Shown here piece by piece: positions 1 to 9,608 of a stretch of 47,094 nucleotides of DNA. A program made the position numbers and the translations under genes. The number at the start of each line of letters is the position of its first letter. Position 1 is the first letter of the stretch. The stretch is taken from the NCBI GenBank assembly GCA_038128265.1, contig JAYPJE010000011.1, positions 43,312 through 90,405 of the forward strand, in the 5' to 3' direction. The notes below the pieces were generated by a model. That model did not search any database. It was given only the letters and a program-made list of their open reading frames with translations, and was not told the DNA's origin. The DNA comes from Gemmatimonadota bacterium (GTDB lineage: Bacteria > Latescibacterota > UBA2968 > UBA8231).

Positions 1-201
1 GTTCTGGGGCGCAGAATCCTCTTCGATCGCTGCGTCGAGATCGTCTTCCTCGTCGAGCAGTTGATCTAATGCGTCTTCATCAATCTCGCCTTCGAGGCTG
101 AGTCCCTCTTCGGCTAGGAGCGACTCCAGGCCCTCTAAAATACTTTCCCCGTTGGCGCTACTCGTCTCCGCTCGTTTTTTGTCGAATTTCTCGCTGCTCA
201 T
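1..201 (-). CDS. N-terminal part of an acidic hypothetical protein (runs off the window edge)
   Basis: Manual translation from ATG at 201: MSSEKFDKKRAETSSANGESILEGLESLLAEEGLSLEGEIDEDALDQLLDEEDDLDAAIEEDSAPQN, open to base 1; divergent from the acyl-CoA ligase across an AT-richer gap. Confidence 0.6.
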   Translation of the reverse strand, partial: MSSEKFDKKRAETSSANGESILEGLESLLAEEGLSLEGEIDEDALDQLLDEEDDLDAAIEEDSAPQN

Positions 202-407
202 ATCGGCTGCTCAAAAATGGACCCACATTGTTCCTTCCCCCTTCAATATAGGAATGAGAACCTCAGTGGTAAAATGGTCTGTGCAGATGGCTTAAGGTGC
301 GCCTGGATATCAGCAATAAAACGGTTGATTTTACCCCGAATTTTCTTATGTAATAGGGCTGAGATTTAAATATTGATGCCCACCGGAGCAACGCGGAGCC
401 GATCAAC

Positions 408-2240
408 GTGCGAACACTTGCTGAATTATTGGAACGCAGTTTTACCGAATGTGCTGATCAGGTGGCCGTGCGCGTGCTGCCGGCCGGCGGAAGAGACGCG
501 CAGTACCAGCCCATCACCTACGCAGAGCTGAAACAGCAGCGAGACCGCTTGGCGGTCGGATTGACCGGTCACGGGATGGTTAAGGGGCAGCGCATCGGTA
601 TTCTCACCGACGGCGGTTTTGAGCCGCTGCTGGTATTTCTCGCCTGCGACAGACTCGGTCTGAGCAGCGTGCCGCTGTGTTTGAAGTCATCGCCAGAAAT
701 CCTCGCTTACAACATTCGCCATTCGGGCATGGCGCTGTTGGTCGCCGATCGCAAGGGCGCGGAGGCGCTGGGCACCATGTTGGACGAGATGGCCGAACCG
801 CCGAAGTTAGTACTGGTCGATGGAGAGGGGGAGGCCGCTGTCGCCTGGCAGGAGTTGATCGGCGCAGAAGGTGAACCGCCCGATGTAGCAATAAGCGCCG
901 ATGATGAGAGCAAGATCCTCTACACTTCGGGCTCTTCCGGCATGCCCAAGGGCGTCATACAGACCCATGCCAATATCGTTGCCAACGTGGAAGAGGCTTG
1001 GGATGTGATTAGCCTGCGCGAGGACTTCCGCTTTTTCAAATCGGCGCCCGATTACCACTCGATGGGCATCCTAAATATCTACTATCCTCTCGCCAAGGGC
1101 TGGGTGCTGGATATGGCGCGTTCGCCCGATCGCGTGCTAAGCGATATTCGTCTATCCGAACCGCACGGATTTCTCACGGTGCCGCTGATCCTCGACAAGG
1201 TGTACGGCAATGTGCGCAAAGAAATTCAGGCTGGTGGGCTAAAAGGGGCCTTGGTCGAGCGCGCCGTAACGGCCAAGCAGCGTTTGAGCAGGGGCGAGGC
1301 GACGGCAATGGATCGCCTGTTTTTTGGGCTGATCGGCGGCAAGGTGATCGACAAGATTCGCCAGCAGTTTGCCACGCGCGTAGGCGCTAACCTGGAGGTC
1401 CTTATCGTGGGCTCGGCCAAAGCCGATCCCGAGGCGCTGGACTTTTTTCACCAGGTGTTGGACATCACTACATTCGAGGGCTATGGTGCGACCGAGTGTG
1501 CGCCGCTGATTGCTGCAAATCACCTGGACGGGCGCAAGGTCGGCACGGTGGGGCGGCCGTTGATCAAAGTGCGCATCGTCGACGAGCAGGGCGGTGAAAT
1601 TGGCTATGGCGACCCCGATGGGGAGGGCACCTATAGCCCCGGCGGGGGGCGGGTGGGTGAACTATGGGCGAGCGGTCCCAACGTTATGCGCGGCTACTTG
1701 GACGACCCGGAGCAGACGCAGCGCGCGCTCGTTGAACACGATGGGCAGATTTGGTATCGCACGGGTGATTTGTTCAGCATGGACGAAGAGGGGTTTCTGA
1801 CGTTTCGCGGGCGAGTAGGGCGCCAGTTCAAGCTGCGCAACGGCGAATTTGTCAACCCGGAGCTGCTGGAGCGCATTTTTGCGCGCGCGCCGCTCGTCGA
1901 GCACGTGCTGATCTGCGGAGACCAGCAGCGCGACTTCCCCCTGCCGCTGGTCGTGGTCGACGTCGAAGAGGCACAAAAAAAGGCACCCGATGAACTGCGG
2001 GACATCGGCGAGGATGCGCTGCGCGTCCATCCGCATATAGCTGACCTCGTGCGCGCGCAGCTCATTGGCGAAGCGCGTGCAGCGGGATTGCCCGGCCACG
2101 AGAGACCGCAGCGCATCGCGCTCCTGCCCAACCCGCTCAGCGAAGAAGACGGCACGCTGACGCGCGGCCTGAAGAAGGTGGTTCCCAAGGCTATTGTCGA
2201 GCGCTATGGCGCGCTGATTGAAGAGGCCTATCGGTCCTAA
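408..2240 (+). CDS. Long-chain fatty acid-CoA ligase (AMP-dependent synthetase, FadD/FAA1-like)
   Basis: ANL-superfamily motifs YTSGSSGMPKG, EGYGATE, GPNVMRGY, WYRTGD; 610 aa; GTG start with GGAG upstream. Confidence 0.9.
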   Translation: MRTLAELLERSFTECADQVAVRVLPAGGRDAQYQPITYAELKQQRDRLAVGLTGHGMVKGQRIGILTDGGFEPLLVFLACDRLGLSSVPLCLKSSPEILAYNIRHSGMALLVADRKGAEALGTMLDEMAEPPKLVLVDGEGEAAVAWQELIGAEGEPPDVAISADDESKILYTSGSSGMPKGVIQTHANIVANVEEAWDVISLREDFRFFKSAPDYHSMGILNIYYPLAKGWVLDMARSPDRVLSDIRLSEPHGFLTVPLILDKVYGNVRKEIQAGGLKGALVERAVTAKQRLSRGEATAMDRLFFGLIGGKVIDKIRQQFATRVGANLEVLIVGSAKADPEALDFFHQVLDITTFEGYGATECAPLIAANHLDGRKVGTVGRPLIKVRIVDEQGGEIGYGDPDGEGTYSPGGGRVGELWASGPNVMRGYLDDPEQTQRALVEHDGQIWYRTGDLFSMDEEGFLTFRGRVGRQFKLRNGEFVNPELLERIFARAPLVEHVLICGDQQRDFPLPLVVVDVEEAQKKAPDELRDIGEDALRVHPHIADLVRAQLIGEARAAGLPGHERPQRIALLPNPLSEEDGTLTRGLKKVVPKAIVERYGALIEEAYRS

Positions 2241-2246
2241 ATACAG

Positions 2247-2272
2247 CGCAATTTACCTTTTGCTAAATTGCG
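2247..2272. other. 9-bp inverted repeat downstream of the ligase (terminator or operator-like)
   Basis: CGCAATTTA-n8-TAAATTGCG starting 7 nt after the stop; no clear U-tract. Confidence 0.35.
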
Positions 2273-2295
2273 AAAGTGGTTAAAAAACAACGAGG

Positions 2296-2324
2296 TTGCT
2301 CGATATACGAGCATGGCCTATTTT
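2296..2324 (+). promoter_or_regulatory. Possible sigma70 promoter for the galU operon, with an overlapping palindrome
   Basis: TTGCTC-17 nt-TATTTT; palindrome TGCTCG-atata-CGAGCA (2297-2313) overlaps the -35 box. Confidence 0.3.
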
Positions 2325-2371
2325 ATGCCAGTTAGGCCTTCGGTCGCACCTTGTAGCCAGATTGTAAGCAC

Positions 2372-3265
2372 ATGTCTATTCGCAAAGCCGTTTTCCCCGT
2401 TGCGGGTATGGGCACACGACTGTTGCCCGCGACAAAGTCCCAGCCAAAAGAGATGTTGCCGGTGGGCTATAAGCCGGTGGTGCAGTACGTAGTCGAGGAG
2501 ATGATCCAGCAGGGACTGAGCAAATTCCTCTTTATAACGGGTCGGAAAAAGCGCTCGATTGAGGACCATTTTGACGCAGATCCTGAGTTGGAAGCGCGCC
2601 TGTCCGACAAGGAGCAGATTATCGACGAGGTCGATTACGCTGCGCAGGGCGTCGAATTCTACTACGCGCGCCAGCGCCGTCCCGCCGGAAATGCGGACGC
2701 CGTGCGGCTGGCCCGCGAATTTGTCGGCGACGAGTCCTTTGTCGTTGCCTTTGGCGATACAATTATCTACTCGCCCGACGAACCGCGCGTTATCGAGCGC
2801 ATGGCCGACTCGCACGAGCGCCACAAATCGGTAGCTACTATTGGCGTGTGGGAAGTGCCGCGCGAAGACACGCGCAAATACGGGGTCGTGCGCCCAGCAG
2901 GGGAAATTGGCGATGATTTTGCCATCGCCGATATCGTAGAGAAACCCGATATAGCGGAGGCGCCGAGCTGTCTGGCCGTCGCCGCGCGCTACATTTTTAC
3001 GCCGGAGATATTTTCGGCCATTGACGAGATCGAACCCGGTTTGGGTGGGGAATTCTGGCTGACGGATGCCATTCGCATCCTGCTGCAGCGCGGGGCCCCC
3101 GTGCGCTGCGTGCGCCTCAACGGGGCCGAGCGGCGCTACGATATCGGCACACCGCTCACCTACTACAAGGCGTTTGCCGATTTTGCTCTGCAGGACCCGG
3201 AACACGGCGCCGCTTTCCGCGTCTATCTCGAAGAAAAACTCGCCGAGGAGCGCAAGCCCACATGA
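2372..3265 (+). CDS. galU: UTP--glucose-1-phosphate uridylyltransferase
   Basis: KAVFPVAGMGTRLLPATKSQPKEMLPV signature, IVEKP, EFWLTDAI, RYDIG; 297 aa. Confidence 0.92.
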   Translation: MSIRKAVFPVAGMGTRLLPATKSQPKEMLPVGYKPVVQYVVEEMIQQGLSKFLFITGRKKRSIEDHFDADPELEARLSDKEQIIDEVDYAAQGVEFYYARQRRPAGNADAVRLAREFVGDESFVVAFGDTIIYSPDEPRVIERMADSHERHKSVATIGVWEVPREDTRKYGVVRPAGEIGDDFAIADIVEKPDIAEAPSCLAVAARYIFTPEIFSAIDEIEPGLGGEFWLTDAIRILLQRGAPVRCVRLNGAERRYDIGTPLTYYKAFADFALQDPEHGAAFRVYLEEKLAEERKPT

Positions 3266-4539
3266 AAATCAAGATGGACTACGGACGGGACGGCCTGGAG
3301 ATCGACGTGCCCGACCGCGCCCATATTTTGCAGATGAGCGATGCGCCGGCGCTCGACCAGATCGAGCAGCGGCTCGAGCACGCGCTGACCCATCCCATTG
3401 GCACTCCGTCGCTGCGCCGGCTGGCCGCCGGTCGCAAAAACGCCTGTATCGTCATTGCCGACATTACTCGTCCGGTGCCCAACTCCACTATTTTACCGCC
3501 CATTTTGCGCGTGCTGGAGGAGGAGGGGATTGCCCGCGAGGACATCACCATTCTCATCGGCACAGGTCTGCATCGTCCGAATGAAGGGGACGAGCTGGTG
3601 CAGTTGGTCGGTGCCGAGATAGCGCAGAACTACCGCATCGTAAACCACAAGGCCCGCGAGAAAGACACCCTCACCTATTTGGGGGAAACCTCGGGGGGCG
3701 CCCCGATCTGGATCGATACGCTGTACGTCGAAGCCGATCTGAAGATTGCGACCTCGCTTATTGAGCCCCACCTGATGGCTGGCTATTCCGGCGGCCGCAA
3801 AGCGATCTGTCCCGGCCTGATGGGGGTCGATACCATGCGCGTATTGCACGGACCGCGTCTGCTGTCGCACGCCAACGCGGCCGAGGGCGTTATCGAAGGC
3901 AATCCGTTTCACCGCCAGGCGCTAGAAGTGGCGCAGCGCGCCGGCGTCGACTTCACCCTCAACGTCGCCATGAACGAGCGGCGCGAGGTCACGGCCATTT
4001 TTGCCGGTGATCTGGAAAAAGCGCACGCCGAGGGCGTTGCCTTTGTCGAAAAGCAGAATGGCGCCACGCTGGCCGAGCCGGCAGATTTAGTCGTTACCTC
4101 GAGCGCGGGGCTGCCGCTCGACCTGACGTTTTATCAGGCTGTTAAAGGGCTTACGGCGACTCTGCCGATCGTGGCTGAAGGGGGGACGGTGCTGATTGTC
4201 GCCCGCTGTGACGAAGGCATCGGCAGTCCCGAATTTACCGAGCTGTTGCTCAATACGGAAAGCGTCGAGCAGTTCGCGCGTCAGTTAGAAGACCCTGAGT
4301 TTTTCGTCATCGACCAGTGGCAGCTACAGGAGCTGTGCAAGGTGCTGCGCAAGGCCCGGGTCATGATGTATTCAGAGGGCATTGGCGAAGACCAGCGCGA
4401 CAGCGTGCTGGTGGAGATGGTATCATCCGTCGAGGAAGGGATTCAGCGCGCACTGGCCGACCGAGGCGACGATGCGTGCATCGCCGTGATTCCCAAGGGC
4501 CCCTACGTGCTGACCCGTTTGCAGGAGCGCGTTCCATGA
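3262..4539 (+). CDS. larA: Nickel-pincer-dependent lactate racemase family protein (LarA/DUF2088)
   Basis: DITRP, GTGLHR, IEPHLMAGYSGGRKAICPG, LHGP and FYQAVKG motifs; ATGA overlap with galU. Substrate not determinable from sequence. Confidence 0.85.
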   Translation: MKIKMDYGRDGLEIDVPDRAHILQMSDAPALDQIEQRLEHALTHPIGTPSLRRLAAGRKNACIVIADITRPVPNSTILPPILRVLEEEGIAREDITILIGTGLHRPNEGDELVQLVGAEIAQNYRIVNHKAREKDTLTYLGETSGGAPIWIDTLYVEADLKIATSLIEPHLMAGYSGGRKAICPGLMGVDTMRVLHGPRLLSHANAAEGVIEGNPFHRQALEVAQRAGVDFTLNVAMNERREVTAIFAGDLEKAHAEGVAFVEKQNGATLAEPADLVVTSSAGLPLDLTFYQAVKGLTATLPIVAEGGTVLIVARCDEGIGSPEFTELLLNTESVEQFARQLEDPEFFVIDQWQLQELCKVLRKARVMMYSEGIGEDQRDSVLVEMVSSVEEGIQRALADRGDDACIAVIPKGPYVLTRLQERVP

Positions 4540-5573
4540 AACACTGGTCAAAGCTGCTGTTGATGGGATGGTTGTTCTGGGGCTGTGCCTCGGTCAGCGA
4601 GTCCCCCGTACCGGTTATGGGCGTTGGTTCAAAGCAAAAGTCGGCGGAAGTCGGCGCGACGGCAGCCGATGTTATCGCTCCCGTCAGCGCGGAGGGGGAC
4701 AGCGCCAGCGCGCTGGCGCAGGCGCTGCTGTTTCTGCCCTTTAAAGACGAATCAAAATACAAAGGTCAGTGGGATATTCACACCGAACTGCCGCGCGGCC
4801 TGGCCGATTCGCTCTATGCCAGCGAGTTTTTTCGCACGCTGCCGATTGATTCGGCGCTGGTGCACCTGGATAAGAAGGAGCTGAAGGGGCGCATTTCCGT
4901 TGATAGGGCACTGGAAGTGGGCAAGCGAGTTGGCGCGGATTTCGTCGTCTTGGGCGAGGTCGACGAGCTGAGCATGAAGCGTTTTCGAGCAACCGTTCCC
5001 GTTGGCGGGTATCGCAGCTACCAGGGCCTGACCAGCATACGCCTCTACCCGTACAAGGTGATTGACGGGCAGCCGGCTGGCGAGGTGATGCGCGAAGCCG
5101 TCGAAGATAGCAAGCGCTATGGAATTACGAACCCCGCCGCCTACGTCCCGCTGGAGAAGGAATACTTTTTACTGGGACAAATGGAGTGGGGGGGAGCGGA
5201 GTTTCACGATACGCTGCTGGGTAAGTCGGTCGGCAAGGAACTCTTGCTGCTGGCCGCTGGACTGGACAGTCTCATCAAACCACCCGCGGAGCTGAAAGTC
5301 TCGTCCGGGCCAAAGATCATCGACGTCGACGGCGCGCGCGCCTACATCAACGTGGGCCTGGCTGACTCGGTGGCCAACGGCAATAAGTACGGCGTGTGGG
5401 ACCACGGCAGGGAGCTAAAAGATCCAGACACGGGCGCCGTCTTGGGTACGGCGCTTCCGCGCCGCGTGGGCGTGGTGCAGATTGAACAGGTGCTGAGTGA
5501 GCACCTGTCTTTGGTGCGGATTCTCGAAGGGCAGGAAGAGGTGCAGAAGGATTATGCGATTCGCGCTGAGTAA
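4536..5573 (+). CDS. Lipoprotein with CsgG/TolB-N-like domain and FlgT-C-like beta domain
   Basis: Start moved to ATG 4536 (ATGA overlap with larA); lipobox MKHWSKLLLMGWLFWGC; LLFLPFKD...ALEVGKRVGADFVVLGEV and IIDVDGARAYINVGLADSVANG patterns. Confidence 0.65.
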   Translation: MKHWSKLLLMGWLFWGCASVSESPVPVMGVGSKQKSAEVGATAADVIAPVSAEGDSASALAQALLFLPFKDESKYKGQWDIHTELPRGLADSLYASEFFRTLPIDSALVHLDKKELKGRISVDRALEVGKRVGADFVVLGEVDELSMKRFRATVPVGGYRSYQGLTSIRLYPYKVIDGQPAGEVMREAVEDSKRYGITNPAAYVPLEKEYFLLGQMEWGGAEFHDTLLGKSVGKELLLLAAGLDSLIKPPAELKVSSGPKIIDVDGARAYINVGLADSVANGNKYGVWDHGRELKDPDTGAVLGTALPRRVGVVQIEQVLSEHLSLVRILEGQEEVQKDYAIRAE

Positions 5574-6039
5574 AGAGGGGACAAGTCGGTGGAATGCGGT
5601 CCGGCTGTGCGCGGTGCTGTGCTGTGTGAGCGTCCTCTCTGCCAGCAGCGGTCGTGCCGGTGAAGGAGGCTACGGGACGGCGGACGATGCGCGCCTGCGT
5701 CTATTCTATCTGTACTCGCCCGAGGCGCATCCGCAACAGGAGCGTTTGGCCTTCTGGCAGAGGCTCTCGACGGCACCGATGAATTCTTTTGACGTAATCG
5801 GCGTGGTTTGGCCCCGCTCAGAAGGGGCATTGCCGCGCGAGTGGCCCGCTTCCGTTCCCGTGGTCGAACACGCGGCCGATGGAGGGGACTACGCCGTGCT
5901 TGTCTACCCCGATGCGCGCATCCATTCTCACGGCAGCGGGAGCGATATGGAGCGCGTTGTGCGCTCCCTGTCCGGCGCGCGCGTGAGCACGGATGTGGAC
6001 GAGAGCACCTGGGGAAAAATCAAGGAACTGTTTCACTAG
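5554..6039 (+). CDS. Small secreted hypothetical protein with C-terminal TWGKIK motif
   Basis: Signal-like segment LCAVLCCVSVLSASSGRA; ends STDVDESTWGKIKELFH; fills the gap between neighbours. Start uncertain. Confidence 0.6.
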   Translation: MRFALSKEGTSRWNAVRLCAVLCCVSVLSASSGRAGEGGYGTADDARLRLFYLYSPEAHPQQERLAFWQRLSTAPMNSFDVIGVVWPRSEGALPREWPASVPVVEHAADGGDYAVLVYPDARIHSHGSGSDMERVVRSLSGARVSTDVDESTWGKIKELFH

Positions 6040-6047
6040 GCGCTGCG

Positions 6048-6728
6048 ATGAGCGAAGTGCCGGACGACGATCTCAGCCTGCGGCGCATCGATGCGCTGGC
6101 CCACGTCGTGCGCTTTTGCAGTGCGGGGCTGCTGCACTTCCACGAGGTGGTCGCCGAAGGCGTCGAAAACCTGCCGCGTGAAGGCGCTGGACTCCTCTTG
6201 CCCAAACACCACGCCTATCGAGACATTGTCGTCGAAGGTGTCTCCCTGTATCGCTACACGGGCCGCTTTGCCACCTTTGTGATGAAGCGCGGTCTGTGGG
6301 GTATCTTGGAACTGGCCGGCGGGGTTAAGGTCACGCGGCCCAAAGACGTGCGCCGCCTCAAGGACCGGGAGCAGCGGCGCGAAGCGATACGGCGCGCTCG
6401 CGAGGCCAACGATGAGATGCAAGCCTACTTGTCTTGGCTGTATCGACACGGCGAATTGGTGATTTCCCATCCCGAAGGCATGCGCTATCAGAATAGTATG
6501 GGGCCCGTGCAAAAGGAAGTGGTGGAGCACCTATTGCGGACACAGGAAACGTGGGGTATCGAAGTGCCCATGATTCCCATTGGCATCGAGTACGAGAGCT
6601 ATGCAAGGCCGCGTTCGCGCGTCTTTTTTCGCGTTGGCGCGCCCATACGCGCTCAGGGAATGGCCGATTTACCGGCCGTTGTCGATGAGCTAGACGGGAC
6701 GCTGCGCCGGCTTAGTGGATTGGATTGA
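6048..6728 (+). CDS. PlsC-like lysophospholipid/glycerolipid acyltransferase
   Basis: HxxxxD (HHAYRD), HPEG block, PMIPIGI, RVGAPI; start moved to ATG 6048, just after the upstream stop. Confidence 0.75.
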   Translation: MSEVPDDDLSLRRIDALAHVVRFCSAGLLHFHEVVAEGVENLPREGAGLLLPKHHAYRDIVVEGVSLYRYTGRFATFVMKRGLWGILELAGGVKVTRPKDVRRLKDREQRREAIRRAREANDEMQAYLSWLYRHGELVISHPEGMRYQNSMGPVQKEVVEHLLRTQETWGIEVPMIPIGIEYESYARPRSRVFFRVGAPIRAQGMADLPAVVDELDGTLRRLSGLD

Positions 6729-6757
6729 GAGCATATCAACACATTGCGGAGGGATAT

Positions 6758-7933
6758 ATGCGCATAGTTTTTTCGCTTTTTGCAGCGGTTAGCCTGTTGG
6801 CCGCATGCGGAAAAAACCAGGTTACTATAGAGGTCAAAGGCGGCGATGGGCAGCACGTGCGCTTGGATGCCAACGACTTGCAGTACAAGTTCAACAAGTT
6901 GGTTTCGGCGGGCACCTATGTCTTTCCCGGTCCGGAAAGCGATGCCGAATTGCGCAGCGGAACGTATACGGTCAACGTTTCGGCCGGAAGCTATCTCGAT
7001 ACGCGCGTGCTGCAGCTCGAGGCACCTCCCATGAATGGGGTCCAAGACTACAAGGTGACGTTTGAGGTGCCAGCTGGAAGCAATGCCGGCGAGTCGCTAG
7101 CGGGCACCATCCTATACGCATCGACTCCGCAGAGCGCGCGCAACTGGGACCTTTTTACTATTCGCGCCGATGGCTCCGAGCGGCGCCAGTTGACCGACAC
7201 GCCCGAGTTTGAGCAGCATCCCTCGTGGTCGCCCGACGGTCAGCAGATTCTGTTCACCAGCGGTGATGTGATGACCAACTTCGATATTTACTCGATGGAT
7301 GCAGACGGCTCGAATCGCCGTCGCCTGACCGAGCACGCCGAGCGCGACCAGCGCGCGGCCTGGTCGCCCGATGGTAAGACCATCGCCTTCGAGAGCCAGC
7401 GCGATGGTGATAAGTCGATCTGGCTGATGGATGCCGACGGCGGCAACAAGCGCAAGTTGGTCGAGGGACGCGAGCCCTCGTGGTCGCCCGATGGCCAGCG
7501 CATTGCCTTTACCTCATCGGCTTTTGACAGCAATGACGAGCTTTACATGATTGCCCTGGACGGTTCGAATCGGGTGCGTCTGACGGATAACAAGAAGTAC
7601 GATTGGTTTTCTGCATGGGGGCCCATGGGCAAGCGCATCGCCTATAATTCGGAGCGGTTTGGCGGCCAGGAATTGATGCTGATGAATGCCGATGGAAGCG
7701 GGCGGGTGCGCATCTCTATCGCCGAGAAGACCTACGAGCAGGAGCCCACGTGGTCTGGAGACGGCAAGTCCATTGCCTACGCGGGCAAGATGAGCGAAGA
7801 CGATTACGATATCTATCGCGTTTCCACGCGCGGCTTTGACCTAGACGATATGCCTTCTCCCGTTGGGATGCCCGTCAACCTGACGGACAACGACGACCGC
7901 GACGATATGTCTCCCCATTGGCGTCCTTTCTAA
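6758..7933 (+). CDS. TolB-like beta-propeller lipoprotein (PD40 repeats) with N-terminal beta-sandwich
   Basis: Lipobox LLAAC, RBS GGAGGG; repeated PSWSPDG/AWSPDG/PTWSGDG and M.ADGS.R..LT motifs. Confidence 0.85.
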   Translation: MRIVFSLFAAVSLLAACGKNQVTIEVKGGDGQHVRLDANDLQYKFNKLVSAGTYVFPGPESDAELRSGTYTVNVSAGSYLDTRVLQLEAPPMNGVQDYKVTFEVPAGSNAGESLAGTILYASTPQSARNWDLFTIRADGSERRQLTDTPEFEQHPSWSPDGQQILFTSGDVMTNFDIYSMDADGSNRRRLTEHAERDQRAAWSPDGKTIAFESQRDGDKSIWLMDADGGNKRKLVEGREPSWSPDGQRIAFTSSAFDSNDELYMIALDGSNRVRLTDNKKYDWFSAWGPMGKRIAYNSERFGGQELMLMNADGSGRVRISIAEKTYEQEPTWSGDGKSIAYAGKMSEDDYDIYRVSTRGFDLDDMPSPVGMPVNLTDNDDRDDMSPHWRPF

Positions 7934-7940
7934 CGCCTTC

Positions 7941-9542
7941 ATGTCCAGGCAGACCGCCCGACTGTGGCTGCTGGGGATGCTGGCGTTGGGGTTGGCTGCG
8001 CGCCTCGTCGAGATCGGTGAACCCCTCATAGACAAGCAGGCGTGGCGCCAAACGGATACGGCGGCGATCGCGCGCAATTTTTACGAGGAAGGCTACGATC
8101 TGCTATACCCCCGCGTCGACTGGCGCGGGAATACGCCCGGCTTCGTGGAAATGAACTTTCCGCTGTATCCCTTTATCGTCGCCGCGGCCTATGGGGTCTA
8201 CGGCGGTGTGCACGAGTGGCTGGGCCGCCTGATCTCGACCTTGTGCTCTCTGGCTGCGGCCGGCCTGCTATTTGTCTTTGCCCGTCGAATATTCGACAGC
8301 GAACGGGTTGCTCTGTGGGCTTCGTTTTTCTTCCTATTTACTCCGCTCAACGTGTATTTTGGCCGCGCCTTTATGCCCGAGCCGTTGATGCTTCTGCTGA
8401 GCGTGGCTGCGCTGCTGCTGTTCGATTGCTGGGCGGAGAGCGGGCGGCTCCTGCATGCGTTCGGTGCCGCCGCGAGCGCTGCGCTGTGCTTCATGGTCAA
8501 GATTCCCACGCTGTATCTCGGTTTTGCCCTAGTCGGACTCGCGTTGGCGCGTTGGGGCTGGCGATTTCTCCTGCGTCCGTCTCTCTGGGTCTACGCGTTG
8601 GCCGCGCTGCTGCCGGCCGCGCTGTGGTACGCTCATGCGGCAGATTTATTTGCTGAGACGGGGCTGACATTTGGCATTTGGAATCGCAACGGCTACGATA
8701 AATGGGACCGGAGCGTGCTGTGGTCCATCGATTTCTACCGGCAGATGAGCGGGCGTTTTGTCGACGTGGTGTTTACGCCCGTGGGCGCTGGGGCGTTGGC
8801 TATTGGCGCCTATGCGATGTGGACACAGCGGACGCAGCGCTTTTGGGGTGTATGGGGTTGGGCATTGGGACTAGTGCTGTATTTGGTCCTCGTGCCGGAG
8901 GGCAATCGCAAACTGCACTACTATCAGCTGCCTTTCGTGCCGCTTGGGGCGCTATTGGCTGCGCGCGGAGTCGAGGCGCTTTACCAGTGGATGACCCGCG
9001 CTGAATGGGTGCGGAACGGAGGTGCGGTCCCGCGCGTCCTATTCTTAGCCGTGCTGGGTGGTGCCACGTTGGCGCACAGCGCCGGGGCACTGAGACCCTA
9101 CTACGAACAGCCCAACAACCTGCACGGATATTACGAGAGCTGCTTGGCGACCGGGCGGGTCATCGACGGCAAGGTGCCGGCGGATGCTCTGTTGGTCGTG
9201 GGTGATTTGGATGAGAACGCCGGCGCGCCGTTTCGCGCACAGAGTCCAACCATGTTATACTATGCCCATCGCAAGGGGTGGCAAATTACGCCGGACGAAT
9301 TTTCGATTGCGCGTCTGGACAGCCTGGCCGCAGCCGGCGCCGACTTTTTCTTGGTGCCCGCGGCTTTTGCCATGCGCGACCGAGCATTCTGGCTCGCATT
9401 GGTCGATCGAGGAATTTCGACGCCTGCATCGCACCCCCACTTGTGGAGAGACGAGAAAAGGTTTCTTTCCCATATAAAGAGCCAGTCCGATGCGTCACGC
9501 CACTTCGTGCTGATGCCGCTCCGCGCTCACCAGAAGCCGTGA
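7941..9542 (+). CDS. GT39/ArnT-like (GT-C fold) membrane glycosyltransferase
   Basis: Many TM segments; WRQTDTAAIARNF, FPLY, GRAFMPE and YYQLPFVP motifs typical of PMT_2-family proteins. Confidence 0.8.
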   Translation: MSRQTARLWLLGMLALGLAARLVEIGEPLIDKQAWRQTDTAAIARNFYEEGYDLLYPRVDWRGNTPGFVEMNFPLYPFIVAAAYGVYGGVHEWLGRLISTLCSLAAAGLLFVFARRIFDSERVALWASFFFLFTPLNVYFGRAFMPEPLMLLLSVAALLLFDCWAESGRLLHAFGAAASAALCFMVKIPTLYLGFALVGLALARWGWRFLLRPSLWVYALAALLPAALWYAHAADLFAETGLTFGIWNRNGYDKWDRSVLWSIDFYRQMSGRFVDVVFTPVGAGALAIGAYAMWTQRTQRFWGVWGWALGLVLYLVLVPEGNRKLHYYQLPFVPLGALLAARGVEALYQWMTRAEWVRNGGAVPRVLFLAVLGGATLAHSAGALRPYYEQPNNLHGYYESCLATGRVIDGKVPADALLVVGDLDENAGAPFRAQSPTMLYYAHRKGWQITPDEFSIARLDSLAAAGADFFLVPAAFAMRDRAFWLALVDRGISTPASHPHLWRDEKRFLSHIKSQSDASRHFVLMPLRAHQKP

Positions 9543-9608
9543 AATCGATGCGTCAGGACTGCTGATGGAAATATTTATCAGACCGAATGCCAAAGGAGGG
9601 TTGGCACG

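Noticed and set aside
325..354. Promoter TTGATT-18-TGTAAT for the acyl-CoA ligase
   Set aside because: Plausible but a weak match with non-optimal spacing in AT-rich DNA; not supportable without TSS data.
4317..4535. Extended N-termini given by the ORF track (4317, 5497, 5808, 11415, 29274, 32239)
   Set aside because: They overlap neighbouring genes or the leader; downstream ATGs give signal peptides, an RBS or clean gene junctions.
6758..7933. Assigning the gene symbol tolB
   Set aside because: It is a lipoprotein lacking the TolB N-terminal domain, and no tolQRA/pal neighbours are present.
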